A stretch of DNA of 64,000 nt, taken from positions 806,001-870,000 of the forward strand of contig CM120642.1 in NCBI GenBank assembly GCA_051362555.1. Direction: 5' to 3'. The DNA is from Lingula anatina. Its lineage: Eukaryota; Animalia; Brachiopoda. The translations under genes and the position numbers were made by a program. Under the pieces are notes generated by a model. That model saw nothing but the letters and a program-made list of their open reading frames with translations. It made no database searches and had not been told where the DNA came from. This document shows positions 1-14,848 of the stretch, piece after piece (position 1 is the stretch's first letter; each line of letters starts with the position of its first letter).

Positions 1-130
1 GAAGTTGCAGAAGTTTAAATTTGATAAAATAATGTCATTTTTGACCACAAGTTGTCTGCTTTGCCAAGCATTATGTTTTATATTTCCGGAGTTCAAAATT
101 TATTATCCATTACCGTACTGCACATTTTTA

Positions 131-417
131 CGGAAGCCGACTGGTGCCATATGTTGAAAAAAAAAATTATCTCGAAATTTCGAGATAGCATTTTTTTTGT
201 TCAAATTTCAAAATACTATCTCGAAATTTCGAGATAAATTTTTTTGCTCAAATATCAAAATGCTATCTCGAAATTTCGAGATAATTTTTTTTTGTTCAAA
301 TTTCAAAATGCTATCTCGAAATTTCGAGATAAAAAATTTTTTTGTTCAAATTTCAAAATAGTATCTCGAAATTTCGAGATAATTTTTTTTTCTACATATG
401 GCACCAGTCGGCTTCTG
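131..417. mobile_element. TA-flanked MITE with internal ~50-bp palindromic tandem repeats (TATCTCGAAATTTCGAGATA)
   Basis: Inverted termini CGGAAGCCGACTGGTGCCATATGT / ACATATGGCACCAGTCGGCTTCTG, TA on both sides (129-130, 418-419), five internal copies of the palindrome. Confidence 0.75.
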
Positions 418-1990
418 TACATTTTCCTTTCACCACCAATATGTACTTTCTGATACAGCGTAACTCGAAAACCGTATGAAATACAAAAAAACCGAGACCA
501 CCTCCAGTGTTGGGATTTACATGCTCTACAAAATGCAAAAAAGAATGGGTCTCTAGCATTAACGGTTCCCGAATTAGAGACAGTTTTCAGTTTCGGTATC
601 TTATGGCCGCTACTCCTGTGAAAATGCACCGATTGACCCCAAATTCACGGAGATGAAAGATGACCTGAAGGGTAACACTTTCCAATAATATTATTGGTTA
701 AGTCTGTGTGGCGTCTGAATAACAGGGCAAAAAAATTTTTTTTCGTAAAAAATTTCATTTTTTTGAAAATTTTGACCCATTTGACCTTGAAGTAAAGGTC
801 AAAGGTCAAATCCGAGGGTATATTTGAAATCTACACATATGACTTTTGGAAAGCCGTCTATAGAAATTTTTCCCGTAACTCCTTCTGTAGGGTAGATAAT
901 TAGCATTTAATTTTGCCATTTTTAGACAAGGGTGCATTGCAATGAGTGCCACACCCAGACCCCAATACCGACAAAGCCCAAATTTTACGTGGAACGAGTT
1001 GAGATTATAGGTGACCTAAATCCATGAGATGGGTACGGGGGCCCTTACCGTCTAGGAGGAGAAGCGGTAACGGTAACATGGCGGCGGAGCCGGCGGAACG
1101 GACCGGACGGGACCGAAACCATGTGTACCGCCAGCGCTAACGCTGGTGGTAAATTTTTTTGTTCAAATTTCAAAATAGTATCTCGAAATTTCGAGATAAT
1201 TTTTTTTTCTACATATGGCACCAGTGGGCTTCCGTACATTTTCCTTTCACCACCAATATGTACTTTTTGATACAGCGTAACTCGAAAACCGTATGGAATA
1301 CAAAAAAACCGAGACCACCTCCAGTGTTGGGCTTTACATGCTCTACAAAATGCAAAAAAGAATGGGTCTCTAGCATTAACGGTTCCCGAATTAGAGACAG
1401 TTTTCAGTTTCGGTATCTTATGGCCGCTACTCCTGTGAAAATGCACCGATTGACCCCAAATTCACGGAGATGAAAGATGACCTGAAGGGTAACACTTTCC
1501 AATAATATTATTGGTTAAGTCTGTGTGGTGTCTGAATAACAGGGCAAAAAATTTTTTTTTCGTAAAAAATTTCATTTTTTTGAAAATTTTGGCCCATTTG
1601 ACCTTGAAGTAAAGGTCAAAGGTCAAATCCGAGGGTATATTTGAAATCTACACATATGACTTTTGGAAAGCCGTCTGTAGAAATTTTTCCCGTAACTCCT
1701 TCCGTAGGGTAGATAATTAGCATTTAATTTTGCCATTTTTGGACAAGGGTGCATTGCAATGAGTGCCACACCCAGACCCCAATACCGACAAAGCCCAAAT
1801 TTTACGTGGAACGAGTTGAGATTATAGGTGACCTAAATCCATGAGATGGGTATGGGGGGCCTTACCGTCTAGGAGGAGAAGCGGTAACGGTAGCCGTCCG
1901 GCGGAGCCGGCGGAGCCGGCGGAGCCGGCGGAACGATCCGGACGAGACCGAAACCATGTGTACCGCCAGCGCTAACGCTGGTGGTACAAT
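334..1990 (-). mobile_element. Two tandem ~820-bp copies of a Helentron/HINE-like non-autonomous element segment
   Basis: 334-1150 and 1151-1986 near-identical; each ends in hairpin GTACCGCCAGCGCTAACGCTGGTGGT preceded by a (GGCGGAGCC)n microsatellite; TGACCTTGA..AAGGTCA motifs internally. Confidence 0.6.
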
Positions 1991-2388
1991 TAATATCATT
2001 ATTCTCAAAATTGAAATAATTTTCAGATAACAATATAGACTTAGCAATAATTTACTTTTATTTTTCAAAAATTTTTCTGAAAAAGGTACACTAGACATCA
2101 AACAAATTCATGAAAAACCACCAACAGGGGCAATTAATTTAAGAATTACAAAACTGTTTAAAATTACCAGAAAGATGCGACTGGCAAATTGTGCATTCAG
2201 ATGGTAAATATGCATATATCAGTATGCTTCAGTAAGAAATTATAATCCCCTGTGAATCAACTGGATGTCTTACAATCAAAAAAAATTTAATGAGTTCTGA
2301 TAGAGCTACATCCCAAACATTACAATACATCTACAGACTTCACTTATCATCATATTACTCTTTATTCATATAATGATAACCAGCACAA

Positions 2389-2419
<31 letters not shown>

Positions 2420-2650
2420 TGTGTGTGCATGCACGCATGCACATGTTTTTGTGATTCACATGAGTGTTTGATACTATTAAGGAGAGCTCACACTTTACAA
2501 ATCCATTAATCAAATGCACTAACAAAAACAATATATATAATCACATGGCTACCCAAAGATTCATGACAGAGGTTGATATGATAAAGTGTGAAACACAGAA
2601 AAGCAATATGCCGAGAATATTGATTAAATTGTTCTGATGTCTTCGCTCAC

Positions 2651-2743
2651 CATTTTTCTCCACAGTAGAATCCTTCACAGGCACTGGCTCCAAGACTGAC
2701 TTAGCTATCTCTTCTATCTTCCTCTCTGGTTCATATAAATCTT
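2651..2743 (-). CDS. NPDC1/cab-1-like gene, internal coding exon (EDLYEPERKIEEIAKSVLEPVPVKDSTVEKN)
   Basis: tttag acceptor, gtgagc donor, 93 bp phase 1-1, open in frame with upstream exons; gene continues beyond window start. Confidence 0.65.
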
Positions 2744-3227
2744 CTAAAATATAAATAAAATAACTTAATATATCCCTCTGTTTAAATATCTATTTCAAAA
2801 TTAACCTCAAATATGAAAATAAACTTGACTTGAAATGTTAACTTTTTTATGTTGTGCATGTTCACCAGAAAACATGGATATTTATCTGTTAAAACATCTA
2901 ATTATTACATGAATGTAAAATATCTCTTTCATAATCAACCTCAAATATGAAACTAAATTGGACTTGAATTGTAGACTTATCATGTTGTGTTACTGTATGT
3001 TCACCAGAAAACATGGAGCAAAAAAAAATGAATTAAATTTAATCAGTGGTAAAAATAAAACATTAAATAAACAATGAGGAAAAACTGGCATATTTTACAG
3101 CTTAAAAGGGTCATTAACTTTGAAATGGCTTCATAAATGTGTGCTTGCCTGTAAATTATATACAAAAACCCACATTAATGATCCCCAACTTGGTTTAAGT
3201 GCCTAAATCTAAGTGTGTGGGCAGTTC

Positions 3228-3560
3228 CTACACAGCATTTCCACCCAGAGCTAACCACTGAGTAATAACTACACAGTATTTCCACCCAGAGCTTACCACT
3301 GAGTAATAACTACACAGTATTTCCACCCAGAGCTTACCACTGAGTAATAACTACACAGTATTTCCACCCAGAGCTAACCACTGAGTAATAACTACACAGT
3401 ATTTCCACCCAGAGCTTACCACTGAGTAATAACTACACAGTATTTCCACCCAGAGCTAACCACTGAGTAATAACTACACAGTATTTCCACCCAGAGCTTA
3501 CCACTGAGTAATAACTACACAGTATTTCCACCCAGAGCTAACCACTCAGTAATAACTAGA
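3228..3560. repeat. 41-bp minisatellite, ~8 copies
   Basis: Unit CTACACAGTATTTCCACCCAGAGCT(T/A)ACCACTGAGTAATAA repeated head to tail. Confidence 0.95.
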
Positions 3561-3882
3561 CACTGCTTCATCTATGATATTCTGTGACAATGAGTGAGTT
3601 TATATATATATTATATATACACAGCCCACCCAAACCTGACAGCAGTCAGTATACACCAGAGAACATATTCACATTCATACCACCTCACACAATGTGGTTT
3701 CTGTATTTTCCATCAGAAAAAGATCAGTTAGTATTTATATTGGGTTATATTTCTATTTTATCAGGAATCATTTCTCAAAGGGTCAAACATGATATGTTGA
3801 TAGCTCAAAGGAATCCCCCAGGTTAACCAGCGAATGGCTCTCTTTATTATCACTACTTATGATTTCATGCTTATAAAACTAC

Positions 3883-3924
3883 CTAGAATGGTGTTCATTT
3901 CTTCTTCTTCTTCACTGTATATCA
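3883..3924 (-). CDS. NPDC1/cab-1-like gene, 42-bp coding exon (VIYSEEEEEMNTIL)
   Basis: ttttcag acceptor, gtagtt donor, phase 1-1 and in frame. Confidence 0.55.
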
Positions 3925-4714
3925 CTGAAAACAGACAAAACACACACACACACAAACAACATTGCTTACCTAATCAAAATCATGGGTTTTAGCCTAACTC
4001 TGGGAGGTAGACATAAGATGATATGTAATCTTATTTTCCAAACACTCAGTACTCCAAAGACTGAAAACTTTCAGATAATTATCAGTCTCAAAGGACTGCA
4101 ATCACATAGGAATAACACTGTTCATTGTAACCAAATGCATATTCCCGGAAACTCAACTATTTTCATAAGAATTGTTCTAAGAGTGAACAAACACATACAT
4201 TTGCATGCAAACTTAATTCTTTTCTCTACCAATATAATATAGAAGGCAAATTTACAAAACATTTGTCATATTTTTTTATGTCTGATTACTGCACTTGTTC
4301 GTGCGGACAAACATTATCAGTTTTGACGTAAAGGCTAGAATATATCTGACTAATTTCACTGTTTACGAGAGATTGGATTCCTCCAGTCGAGCTCTTATCA
4401 GCAGTTGCTAGGGTGAGAAGAGTATTCGATTATTCACTCATCTGTTTAGGATTATAGATTTCCCTAGCAAACCAATCTTCATGACTACACCAGGGTAACA
4501 TAGGGGTAACTATAGGGGGCTTAATTCTTTCACTAAACAACAAATGTCAAAAATCAGTCTAAGTAAAAATTACTGAGAATTTTTCTGCAGTAAATGTGTA
4601 GTCACCCTTGATACTAGCTAAGAGGTTCTCTGCTTCACTCCTTTTGCACACTTGCTCTAAGTAGCAAATGAAACCTGTGTAGTGCTGTATTTTACTGAAA
4701 TGAATAGGTTGTGT

Positions 4715-4847
4715 CAGGGATGAGACCAGCCCTCACTGAAAAAATAGGAAAATTGGCTTGAGGTCCAGGGTACACAATTCACAAGAATGACCCAAATGAC
4801 CCTGAAAAAGTCAAAATTGAGACAAAAGTCGGAAAGTCTCATCAGTA
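4715..4847. mobile_element. Degenerate hAT-like MITE
   Basis: CAGGGATGAGAC ... GTCTCATCAG imperfect termini, TTGTGT repeated on both flanks. Confidence 0.35.
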
Positions 4848-7800
4848 TTGTGTAAAGCAAAATGTTTATGTTCAATGGTGACAATAGCCACTACAGGTAT
4901 TTTAACCACAGTGAGAGCCAAAAACAACAGGCTGCACCAATATGATCTATTCTGTGTAATCTTATATGTGATTCTTATTTCCTAACAGTTTACAGTCATT
5001 CAAAAAGGCCAATATCTAAATGACTGGATGGAAGTTTTATGTCAATATTGTGTATGTAAACTCATTATTATAATGTGTAGAACAAAGGACTCCAATATTC
5101 CAAGGAGCCGTCATCAGCTGAAGAGTTCAACAGATAGAGTTGTTGGATAAATATAGCTACACACTTGAAACAGAGATCATGGACAAGACCCTTAATGAGA
5201 AGTGGTTAGATAACCAAGACCTCCATATATCAGCCCTAGATGCTCAGTAGAATCTTAGAATTATAGAAGGACAACAAGAAAGACTGGAGAATAAAATCCA
5301 AATAGCAAAAACCACTTAAACCACAGAAAAAATAAAATAGTTGAATTCAAAAATTATTTATAGCTTAAACTCTATTTTTATGACTGCATAGCTGTAAATG
5401 TCATTCCTTAATATCATTAAATGCTGCCATATATACGATGCCAACATCAATAAGTTATTTCTTACCACAGTAAATGAGGCATGAAAACATCTAACTTTCA
5501 GGAGATTCTGCTATAAATGTGCTGTTTAATTGTCCTGTGAGGGTTTTTTTTATTCCCCCCCCCCCCCAACCACTCTTTTTTATCTTATTTTTCTTTTTGT
5601 TTTTTTACTAAATATATATATTATCATTTTGATTCTAAAAAATACACTTGTACCCCAAAGTCAACAAAGTAAAATTCTGGTGACATATAAATCAGGTGAA
5701 ACAGTCTACAGCATGACCTTGTTTTTCCACGAAAGGACATGCTCATTTTTAATTTTTAGAAAAGAGATCAGACCTTGCCAGCACAAAGAAGCTGATAATT
5801 AAGTCATCCATTTCTATTCCTTGATAATTGAAAATTAACTCCATGTTGTTGCCAAGCTGCAGCAGAAAGGTGGTGTATTTAATTAAGGGAGGGGAAATGT
5901 CGCCCATATTTCACAGCTGGTTACAAGACCAATCAGTTACTATGGAACATGCCACAGGTTTACTTCTACTGTGTCCTTGTATCTCTTGAAAAGATGACAG
6001 TAACAACATCTGACCATAATGAAATGATTGAACTGCATAGTGTATGACTTCATCCACTGGAGTTTTGTTCTCAGACTATTCTAACACCCAATGCAAGTTG
6101 TTGTAACAATTGCAAACCTTGGAGTTAAACCTCAAATACCATAAAATATTGTGCAATCAAAACTTTTTACTTATTTACTTAAAATCTAGTTATGATGGAC
6201 CAGAGATGCTTCTTACACATTAACTTCAAAAAATTTAATACTGGAGAAATAACTCCAATCACGGAAAACTCTCAGAGTCAGTACTAATACATAACTCTGC
6301 CAAAATGAGAAATAAAATTCTTTTAAAAACTAGGCAACCAAGGTTTTGTTGAAATGGTGATTTCTTTTTCTTATTCTGCACAATTTTCTATCCAAAAAAG
6401 ATAATCAAAATTTGTGAAGAATTTTGGAGATATCCTTTATGCTTACATATTGCTGAGAACAGCAGTGGAGGTAATTATCGATTCACGGCAGTAATATATT
6501 CTTATAACTTCCTCCAATCAAAGTGCTTTTAACATGCACTGATATTTCCGTACTTAACTTCCCTTAGCCACAACTCTGGGAGGCAAGTTGAACTCATAAT
6601 GCATGATAAACATTGTGAGCCCATATTAGAATATGGCGCACTGCTTGAACTGCTGAATCATCATTTTTTCCCTTTCTACCATCAGCCTGTCAGTCTATGA
6701 TAAAAAGCAGGTACTGCATAATACTAAAAAAATCCTCACACTGCACTCTATGTTGGAAATCTACCAAGAATTCATGTCATAACAGAGAAATAAAATTCTG
6801 CACTGGCTCCAAAACCAAAGGTACTTGTGTGCGGTTGCTAATATCTGATAGGTGAATTAATATTATAAATTTTATATGTGTAGGTTTTAATGAGCTGAAA
6901 AGATTGGGTGAGGACCGAAAGTTTCAAGGTCTTCAGCCACTGTACGGTACTGCCAGAGAGGTGCTGCCTGACCATGTTGAACATACTCCAGGTGTACCAT
7001 GACAATCTGACCCCTCTAAAAGGTAACTCCCCAGTCAGATTTCCATTCTAGCCTTTTCAAAGGGGAGCCATTGGGTGGTAAAATACACAATTTTAATTAT
7101 CTTAATTTCTGATGAACATTTTCACATGCAAACTAACAAAGAGTGCCAATGTATCCTCCATTATGCATACTACAAGATAAAAGTCATATAATCAAATAAA
7201 ATAAATTTATGCAGTTTTGTGGGGGGGAGTCAAAATTTCATGGGGAATTCAGATTTTCATTATGAAATTTGGACTCTGGGAGTCAAGATTTTCATGTTAC
7301 GCATGGATTTCTTACCTCTATCCCCATGTCCAGTCAGCTGCTGACTGCCCAGTACTGACCATACCAGACAGGCCACTCCAAGCCACACTTTCAACATGAG
7401 AGAACTACGCTGACAAACTTCCCAAAAAAAGTAAAATAATTATGTGGACTATGCCAGTCACATAGAGGTGCTTACAACATGGCAGTCACAGTTTTCTGCT
7501 CACCTGTGAATCACCCTCCTGAGGAAAGTTTTCACAAAACAGGTGTTTATTTTGTGATAAGAAACCCAGCAGACTAAAAGCGTGTGCCTTTAAAGATTAG
7601 TTTACTTGGAGATTATCATCCCCAAACCATCAAGAAAGCATACAGATAAACCCCAAATTTAATGATTGTATTTTAGCTGTTTCAACATCTTGTTAATGCT
7701 TGCTATCCTTTTTTAAGGTCTGAATCTGCTGTCACAGCCAATAAAAAAATAATTTTACTGTTTTAAATGTGATTTTGAAGAGTGAAAAATTTTAACTGCC

Positions 7801-7857
7801 AGAGTCACCAGAAGGTTCAGTTGCTATAATTCAAATCCCTTCCTTCTGATAAGAATG

Positions 7858-8178
7858 CCTTTGAGTTGTTTTGTTTTTAAAATTCTTTCAGAACTAAAAC
7901 AACATGAACTATATTGCTAGGCACAAGAGACGAGAATCTGTTGGATCTTTCGTATTTTCTATTATCTTATCCTTTTGTATTTTTTTATCATGAGTTGAAA
8001 GTGGTGACAATTTTAATGGCTTTGAGTTGTTTTGTTTTTAAAATTCTTTCAGTACTAAAACAACTTGAACTAATTGCTAGGCACAAGAAGTGAATGTCCT
8101 GTCCATCCTTTGTATTTTCTATTATTTTATCTTTTTGTATTTTTTACCAAGAGTTGAAAGTGGTGACAATTTTAATGG
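7858..8178. repeat. Imperfect tandem duplication of ~163 bp
   Basis: CTTTGAGTTGTTTTGTTTTTAAAATTCTTTCAG...GAGTTGAAAGTGGTGACAATTTTAATGG occurs twice. Confidence 0.85.
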
Positions 8179-8277
8179 AAGCAGGATATGCAAATGATAT
8201 TCCTTTTTTTTCTTGGCACTATTCAATTTATCGGTACCTAGGAAATCTCTTTGTTGAAAACAGGAACAATTTTTGCT

Positions 8278-8552
8278 GAGTCTGTACAAGTTGTGAAGCT
8301 ACTCTTGTTTAATAAAAATAACTAAACACCAAGAGTCTGTACAAGTTGTGAAGCTACTCTTGTTTAATAAAAATAACTAAACACCAAGAGTCTGTACAAG
8401 TTGTGAAGCTACTCTTGTTTAATAAAAATAACTAAACACCAAGAGTCTGTACAAGTTGTGAAGCTACTCTTGTTTAATAAAAATAACTAAACACCAAGAG
8501 TCTGTACAAGTTGTGAAGCTACTCTTGTTTAATAAAAATAACTAAACACCAA
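8278..8552. repeat. 55-bp minisatellite, 5 apparently identical copies
   Basis: Unit GAGTCTGTACAAGTTGTGAAGCTACTCTTGTTTAATAAAAATAACTAAACACCAA. Confidence 0.95.
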
Positions 8553-11500
8553 CCTATCATTTTGATGTTATAAAAGAGGTTGATGTTTCCATCTGTCTAC
8601 TATCATGTATTCAAAACCATACTTTTACTTTTTTTCAATAAAAAAATATGGTTATCTGATAGGCATTTTAGATCATTTTATTACAGAGTCACTTCCAGAA
8701 ATAAAGCCCCCCCCCCCCCCTCCCACACACACACACACAAACACATTAGAAAGTCAAATTTATACATTCTCTTAATTTGTTCAGGCCAACTTCCCATTTA
8801 AACCCATGGATTTTTTTAAAATTTCCACCTTCTACAAATATAACAGCAAACATTAAAATACTGACCCCTTTATATTCTGGGTGTGTGGCTAGCTTTAAAG
8901 CTACACTGTACTTTTATGTATCATCAAACATAGTGATTTAAGTATTTGATACATTCAGTTGACTATGCATTATTATTTATGACAACCTGTTTTGATTTTT
9001 AAAAAAATGCCCCAGAACTTCTGAAAATATCCAAGAATGTCTCTTAACATAGTTCTCATCAGGATAATGGAGTGACTGTGAAAATAATGGGTGCTAGACC
9101 TGATACAAACTTCCCCTCACTCACCCACACAGAGAACCCAAGTATCATTACATTTCTTTACTTTAACAAGAATGGGGCTAAAAATAAAGCAGAATACAAT
9201 GCAAAGTTAGTCTGATATTGATCAACCTAATTTCCTTACCAGAAACCTGAAAAGAAACTCATTTCAATGACTTTTTTCTTTCCTTGTCTTCATTGAAGTC
9301 TCCTATGTGAGTATGTATATTGATGTAGTATCTCATTCATCTTGAAGTAACCACAATTAACAGGTAATAAGGTCATCATATTGATTTTTTTCTTTCCATC
9401 TGAATTCTTCCTACAAACCTGGTATCTTGGAAACACTGTTTGCTTCCAATTTTCCACTTTACACCAAACCTTGGCAAACCACTCCGTGGGATGTTATGGA
9501 TTTTTCATCAAATCAAAGTATGTTGTCTTGTTCTATATGATTAGTAAAATCATTAAATAAACAGCTTTAAGAGGGCATAAAAATGCTCTCTAGCATCGTG
9601 CATGTTTAAACATAAATGTGGTGCATTTTCTAAAAAACAATGTTACATGATTACAAGAAAGGCAAACCACGTTTTCCTCTCTTTTTAGCAATAGTTCTTT
9701 TTTTTATATTTCATATGATTTTCTTTTAATAAAGGTCTTCACTTTTGTCTCAAAAATGTACAGGGATTATCAAGGCTAATCCCGGGAAAATAAAAAATAA
9801 AATATGTCAACATTCAGGTTTGCAGGTCAATAACGACATCCAATTATCATCTTCCATGACTGCCTAAATGATAATATTTTCAAAAAAAAAAACTTTTCTA
9901 AGCCAGTAGAAATGGCGTAGGTGCTGAGCAGTAACCAGCAGATAGGGTGATCAATATTTCACTAACATCTGCCTTTCAGCAAGTGATTACCCAGTTCTAT
10001 GTTTCTGTTAACAGATTCCCCTGTGTAACGTCTCTGTGGAATGGAACTGCTGCCAAAATGGTGGCTTGATAGAATTTGTCTTTCTTGCAATATTCCAGCT
10101 GAACTCTTAACACCACAATTGCATGAACATTCCTGACATTGGTGAACACTGCTGAAATCTTGGGTTGAAATAAAAATGTAGCTAACATGTTTAAACCAAC
10201 TGCCATTATTTTTCCTATCTTAAATAGTGGACACCAAAGGGAACATTCCTATGTATTCTCAGGGTTTGATGTGCCCGGGGTCTGCAATTTCGAAGATTAA
10301 AGGAGCCTTGATCAGAAATCGTCTGCTGTTCTGAGGGTCCGGTACTCAAAAAAAAAAAAAAAAAGTGGACCTCAGGTGGCATTCCTACAAGTGTGCACAA
10401 TGTCAGACCTGATTTCATATCACTTCAACTCAATTACTAGTACAGACTTTTACAGCAAGGAAAAGTGTTCATATATTATGTTTTCACACATGGGCAGACA
10501 TCGCTGCAGGCAACCAACCACACATTTACTGTGAATCCACAAAAATCCTGAATACATTCATTCTTATAAATCACCTCTTCCTCCACAAGTGAACATGCCA
10601 TCCATCCATTGCAATAAAACAAGCATCTCTTTAATGGCATGTCACAACACGCCAAATCAAATTTTTCAATTATCAGAACTTGGAATCGAATCAGGTAACT
10701 AACGATCTGAACTTCACTGACAGGAGAGAAGGTGACTGCATGTGTTTTATCTGATCTGGACAAAACTCATTTTTCATCAATGCCAGTTTGTGATTTTATC
10801 TGACTTTGAAGTGACCTGACAATAACACAGATCTCCGTCACTGACAAAATGTGAACAGAGACGCATCTTAGAACATACTATATCTTAGACAACACCCAGT
10901 AATCTACTTATTGTAATGTTAACTAGTTCAAGTAGGCTAAAAAATCACTACCATGTGAAAAGAGCACCTTGTTTGAAGAAATATTTTATCTTTGCACTGT
11001 AGATTTCACAGTACTTACTAATATAATAACACAGCACAGCAACTCATGTCACCTGATTTCATCTTCCAAACATATGACAGTGGTAATATATGCTAACAAA
11101 TAACAAATGCAGGTGACATGTAATATCTGGTTATTGGTATGTGTTAATACATATGACTGGTCTCATGGTTATTAATAACACAGAAACCTGAGAAGAAAGT
11201 CACGATTCTGACCACTTCATCTTTCTCACAGGATATTGCAAATCTCTCATTCTCAGGACCAAAAATATATTGGTTTTAGATTCTTACCAAGACAATGGAA
11301 TGTTACAACTAACAAGTAATATATACATGGACTCCTTCATGCTATCAATTCTTGTGCTACCTAAAATACACTTCTCTACGGTGTTCAAACTAAAACTGTT
11401 CTTCAAGAATCTCTCCCTATCAATTCTTTCTTCTCCTACTGTCTGTGTGGTAAGGTTAAAATCAACCATGCCCAAGTACACTTGAAATAAATCACTCCCA

Positions 11501-11708
11501 CTATCAGGGCTGCACAGCACTTAGGTTCTGGAGTTCAGAAATGAATCTTTATGTAAATCTATCAGTTCACAGAATAAAAACTGCTTTATCAACTCTGTCA
11601 GAGTAGTCCTAGAACATGATCCATTAGCCTCAAACCATTTATCTCTTCTATTGTTTTAAAGTAATGTTAAATGTACCCAAAACATTCCTGGCTTCTATTG
11701 TTTTGAGG

Positions 11709-11799
11709 CAAGGCTTTTCTCAGCAAACCATCTAGCCATCATGGACGGCCACTGGCACCACTGGATGGCCAATATTTTCCAAGACGACTGAAAGGCTTA

Positions 11800-11852
<53 letters not shown>

Positions 11853-11934
11853 AAAATGATGACTTGGACTCCCTGAAATTATTACAAGTGATTATATTGG
11901 CGGACCAGTGCACCCAATCCTGGGAAAAGCCCTG
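11709..11934. mobile_element. hAT-like MITE with 8-bp TSD and internal poly-T
   Basis: CAAGGCTTTTCTCAG / CTGGGAAAAGCCCTG termini; TSD TTTTGAGG / TTTTAAGG (1 mismatch). Confidence 0.7.
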
Positions 11935-14234
11935 TTTTAAGGTCATGTTAAATATCCTGATTTAAAGTTATTCATCAAGAGAGGAAGCAGTTATCAATAG
12001 AGATTATTTATTTTTAATGTCGGTTTGACGGTTTGAACAATATCCAAGTAAATCTACAAAAAGTTATCAATTTTGATGGAATTGTCAGGATAAGAGACAG
12101 TAGGGGAGACAGAGAGAGGGGGGGAGAGAGGGTCACTGGACATATGCAACAGGGGTGGACAGTGGACTAAATATGTGGACACAGACACTAAATACACACC
12201 CTATCAACATAACCCACAGCCCATGTTCAGCTGATCAATATACTACTGTTAGATCATAGCCATTATACACAGTGTGCTAGTATCAATAAAGGAAGAATGA
12301 TAATAATAATCAGAACAGCAATGATATCTAATTTATTTGAACTCTTAATTTCAAAAGTTGGATTAAGAAAATTGTTGAAATGGCAAATTACATGGAAGTG
12401 TGTGACTATCTTCACTAGAAAGTTATCAAGTACTAGTATGCTATTTCTACTACATAACGTGGCAGTGATCTTTTCAGATTACACACTATTAGAAGCTAAG
12501 TCACAGGATGTTCAAGACTAAGCGTGGGTGTTACAAAACAAAGTGAACGTCATTTACACATCGTGACTGCTGCATAAAAGCTTGTTGTCCTGTGCACAAT
12601 GACCTAGCTGCTGCACACCACCCACTACATATATATCCTGAAATCAAATAAATGGGAATTTGGTCTACAGACTGATACAATAATAAAACGATGGGGAAAA
12701 GACAAGAATTCTCTTAGACTTGTGTTGCCTTCTGTTCATGGATAAAGACTTTAGGTTCCACCTTCTCTTTGCCTTTGTTAACACACATATTGCCCACTTC
12801 AATTTTCTTTATATACAGATATATAGAGATAGCAAACCCTGAACCAAATTTCAAATGTATATATTGAAGCTGAGATGAGGACACGCCACTCCACTCGGTC
12901 AAGACTTAAACAGAACACTTGACTGACTGTCCAATAATGCCTGTTGTTTCCTTTCAAATTAATCCAGAAATACCTGTTCCGCACCCTGTTCTATTTGATG
13001 TCATGCCTTGGGTATTATATATGAAAACACTGGTACAGTACAAAGTAAACTATTGCTCAAATATGACTACAAAAGGGTGGGGGGTATAAAAAGATACACA
13101 AAATAAATGGGAAAATTATGTGTTGTGAAATTGATGAGACAAATTCTTCATGGATGCTCCAAGCAATGAGCCACAAGGGATTGCTCCATCTCCATCTCTC
13201 TCAGGCTGTCTCAGCAGACAGAGAGAGAGAGAGAGAAAGAAAGAGAGAGAGAGAGATGAACAACTCTTAAATTTGATATTAGGCTAGCTAGCTGTTACTT
13301 TACCCAAAGAGGAATATTTCTCCTCTTCACTAACAACAATGCCAAATTTCTAGATGTCGTCCTAATAGTCAATTTCTAAAAGAGAATTGTTTTTTGACAT
13401 CCATAATCAACTCAAATAGCCCAAGGAAATCTCCATGGAAGTTCAACCCTTGAACTGAGAATAGGGGAAAATCAATACTGTTTCATTTCCTTGATGGCGA
13501 ATGCAAACCTGTTTATTTTTTTTAACTTTTGTCTTGCTTAACGGAAATCAGGAGTGAAAAATACCAGGCAACTGTGAAAAACAGATGAGGTCTTTGAAAT
13601 AAAAATGGAATTCTTAATACAGGTTGTCAGTAAATTCACAACAAATAACTGCCAACAAGTTCCCCAGCAGGGATAATGACAAATGACTGTTATATTTGGA
13701 CTCAATTCACCCATACTGAAAATATTGCAATTAATTTAAAATACCTGCCGCTAGCTGATTTAAGGTACCCTGGTATGTCTACTTTTTTTTCACTTTATCA
13801 GTTTTTTAGATTAAGAAAAAAGTAACTGATTTATCTAACATACTCTCTCACATTAAATAAATTTCAAATGAGATCTACTACACTTTCAAATACTAGAGGC
13901 AACGGACATTGCAATTCAGATTACTTCACTACTTTAGTTTCTGGTTTTCAAAGCATAACTCTACTGACTACTACAACACTAGCAAAACCCAAATTCATCT
14001 ACTATAAATGGTATAGCATAAGATACTCCCAGTTTAACCAAGGAAAAAACATTTTAGTGCAAATTGTCAAAAATGGATGAATATATGGCATGGAGGCCTC
14101 AGTTGTACACCCCTCATCACTGTGATCCTCTTCTGAGCAAAATGATAACTTCTATGAAATGTTACATAAAATACCTTTAAAAGATGTATAACAACAAAAT
14201 AAATGTTCTTTCATCTAAAAAAGGTAAGTTATCT

Positions 14235-14411
14235 CAGGGCTTGACACTAACTTTTCTCGATACTGGCCCGATATATCACTAAATATTGCAAGGATGATTT
14301 GACACATGACATTTCACTTGCTCTTTGGGCCAGTGACCCCATGGATTCAATGGCCCTAGTTTGGTTTTCAGTGGCCCAGGGCCAGTGGGTCACCCTTAAT
14401 GTTAAGCCCTG
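14235..14411. mobile_element. hAT-like MITE
   Basis: CAGGGCTTGACACTAA / TTAATGTTAAGCCCTG termini; only TATCT shared by flanks. Confidence 0.55.
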
Positions 14412-14848
14412 TATCTGTTGTATCAATTTTCATTCTTAGTTTATCAGTTTCATCTGAGTAAAAAAAATTGCTAACTCTCCCACCTGAACTGTCCTAAATT
14501 TCTGTCCTTGAAAAAGCTGATATCAAGTATATGAATCAGTATAGTAATATCACTGTTCACATGCACTATTTTTGAAAAATTGTGTTTACATGACAAGATA
14601 AAGGAAGTACTAGTAAACAAAACTCCAAATGATCTATCCTCATATAAAAATATGTCAAAAGTGGAGTTCAAAATTACATACGCTTAATTATTCTTTTATG
14701 AATTTATTTTATTATTTTTTTTTGGGGGGGGGTGCATTTTGTAGTAGTAGAAAAACATTAAGTAAAGAGTTAATATCAGTTTTGAACAAAATAAAGTACT
14801 AGTAATAAGTATTACTTAACAAGAATTGTTTTCAATTACAAGACATAC

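Noticed and set aside
3228-8552. 41-bp and 55-bp arrays, and the palindromic repeats at 160-400, as CRISPR arrays
   Set aside because: Units are contiguous with no unique spacers, no cas genes, eukaryotic context
9997-11520. Cluster of short ORFs in the large intron as a nested gene
   Set aside because: No coherent exon chain or domain recognised
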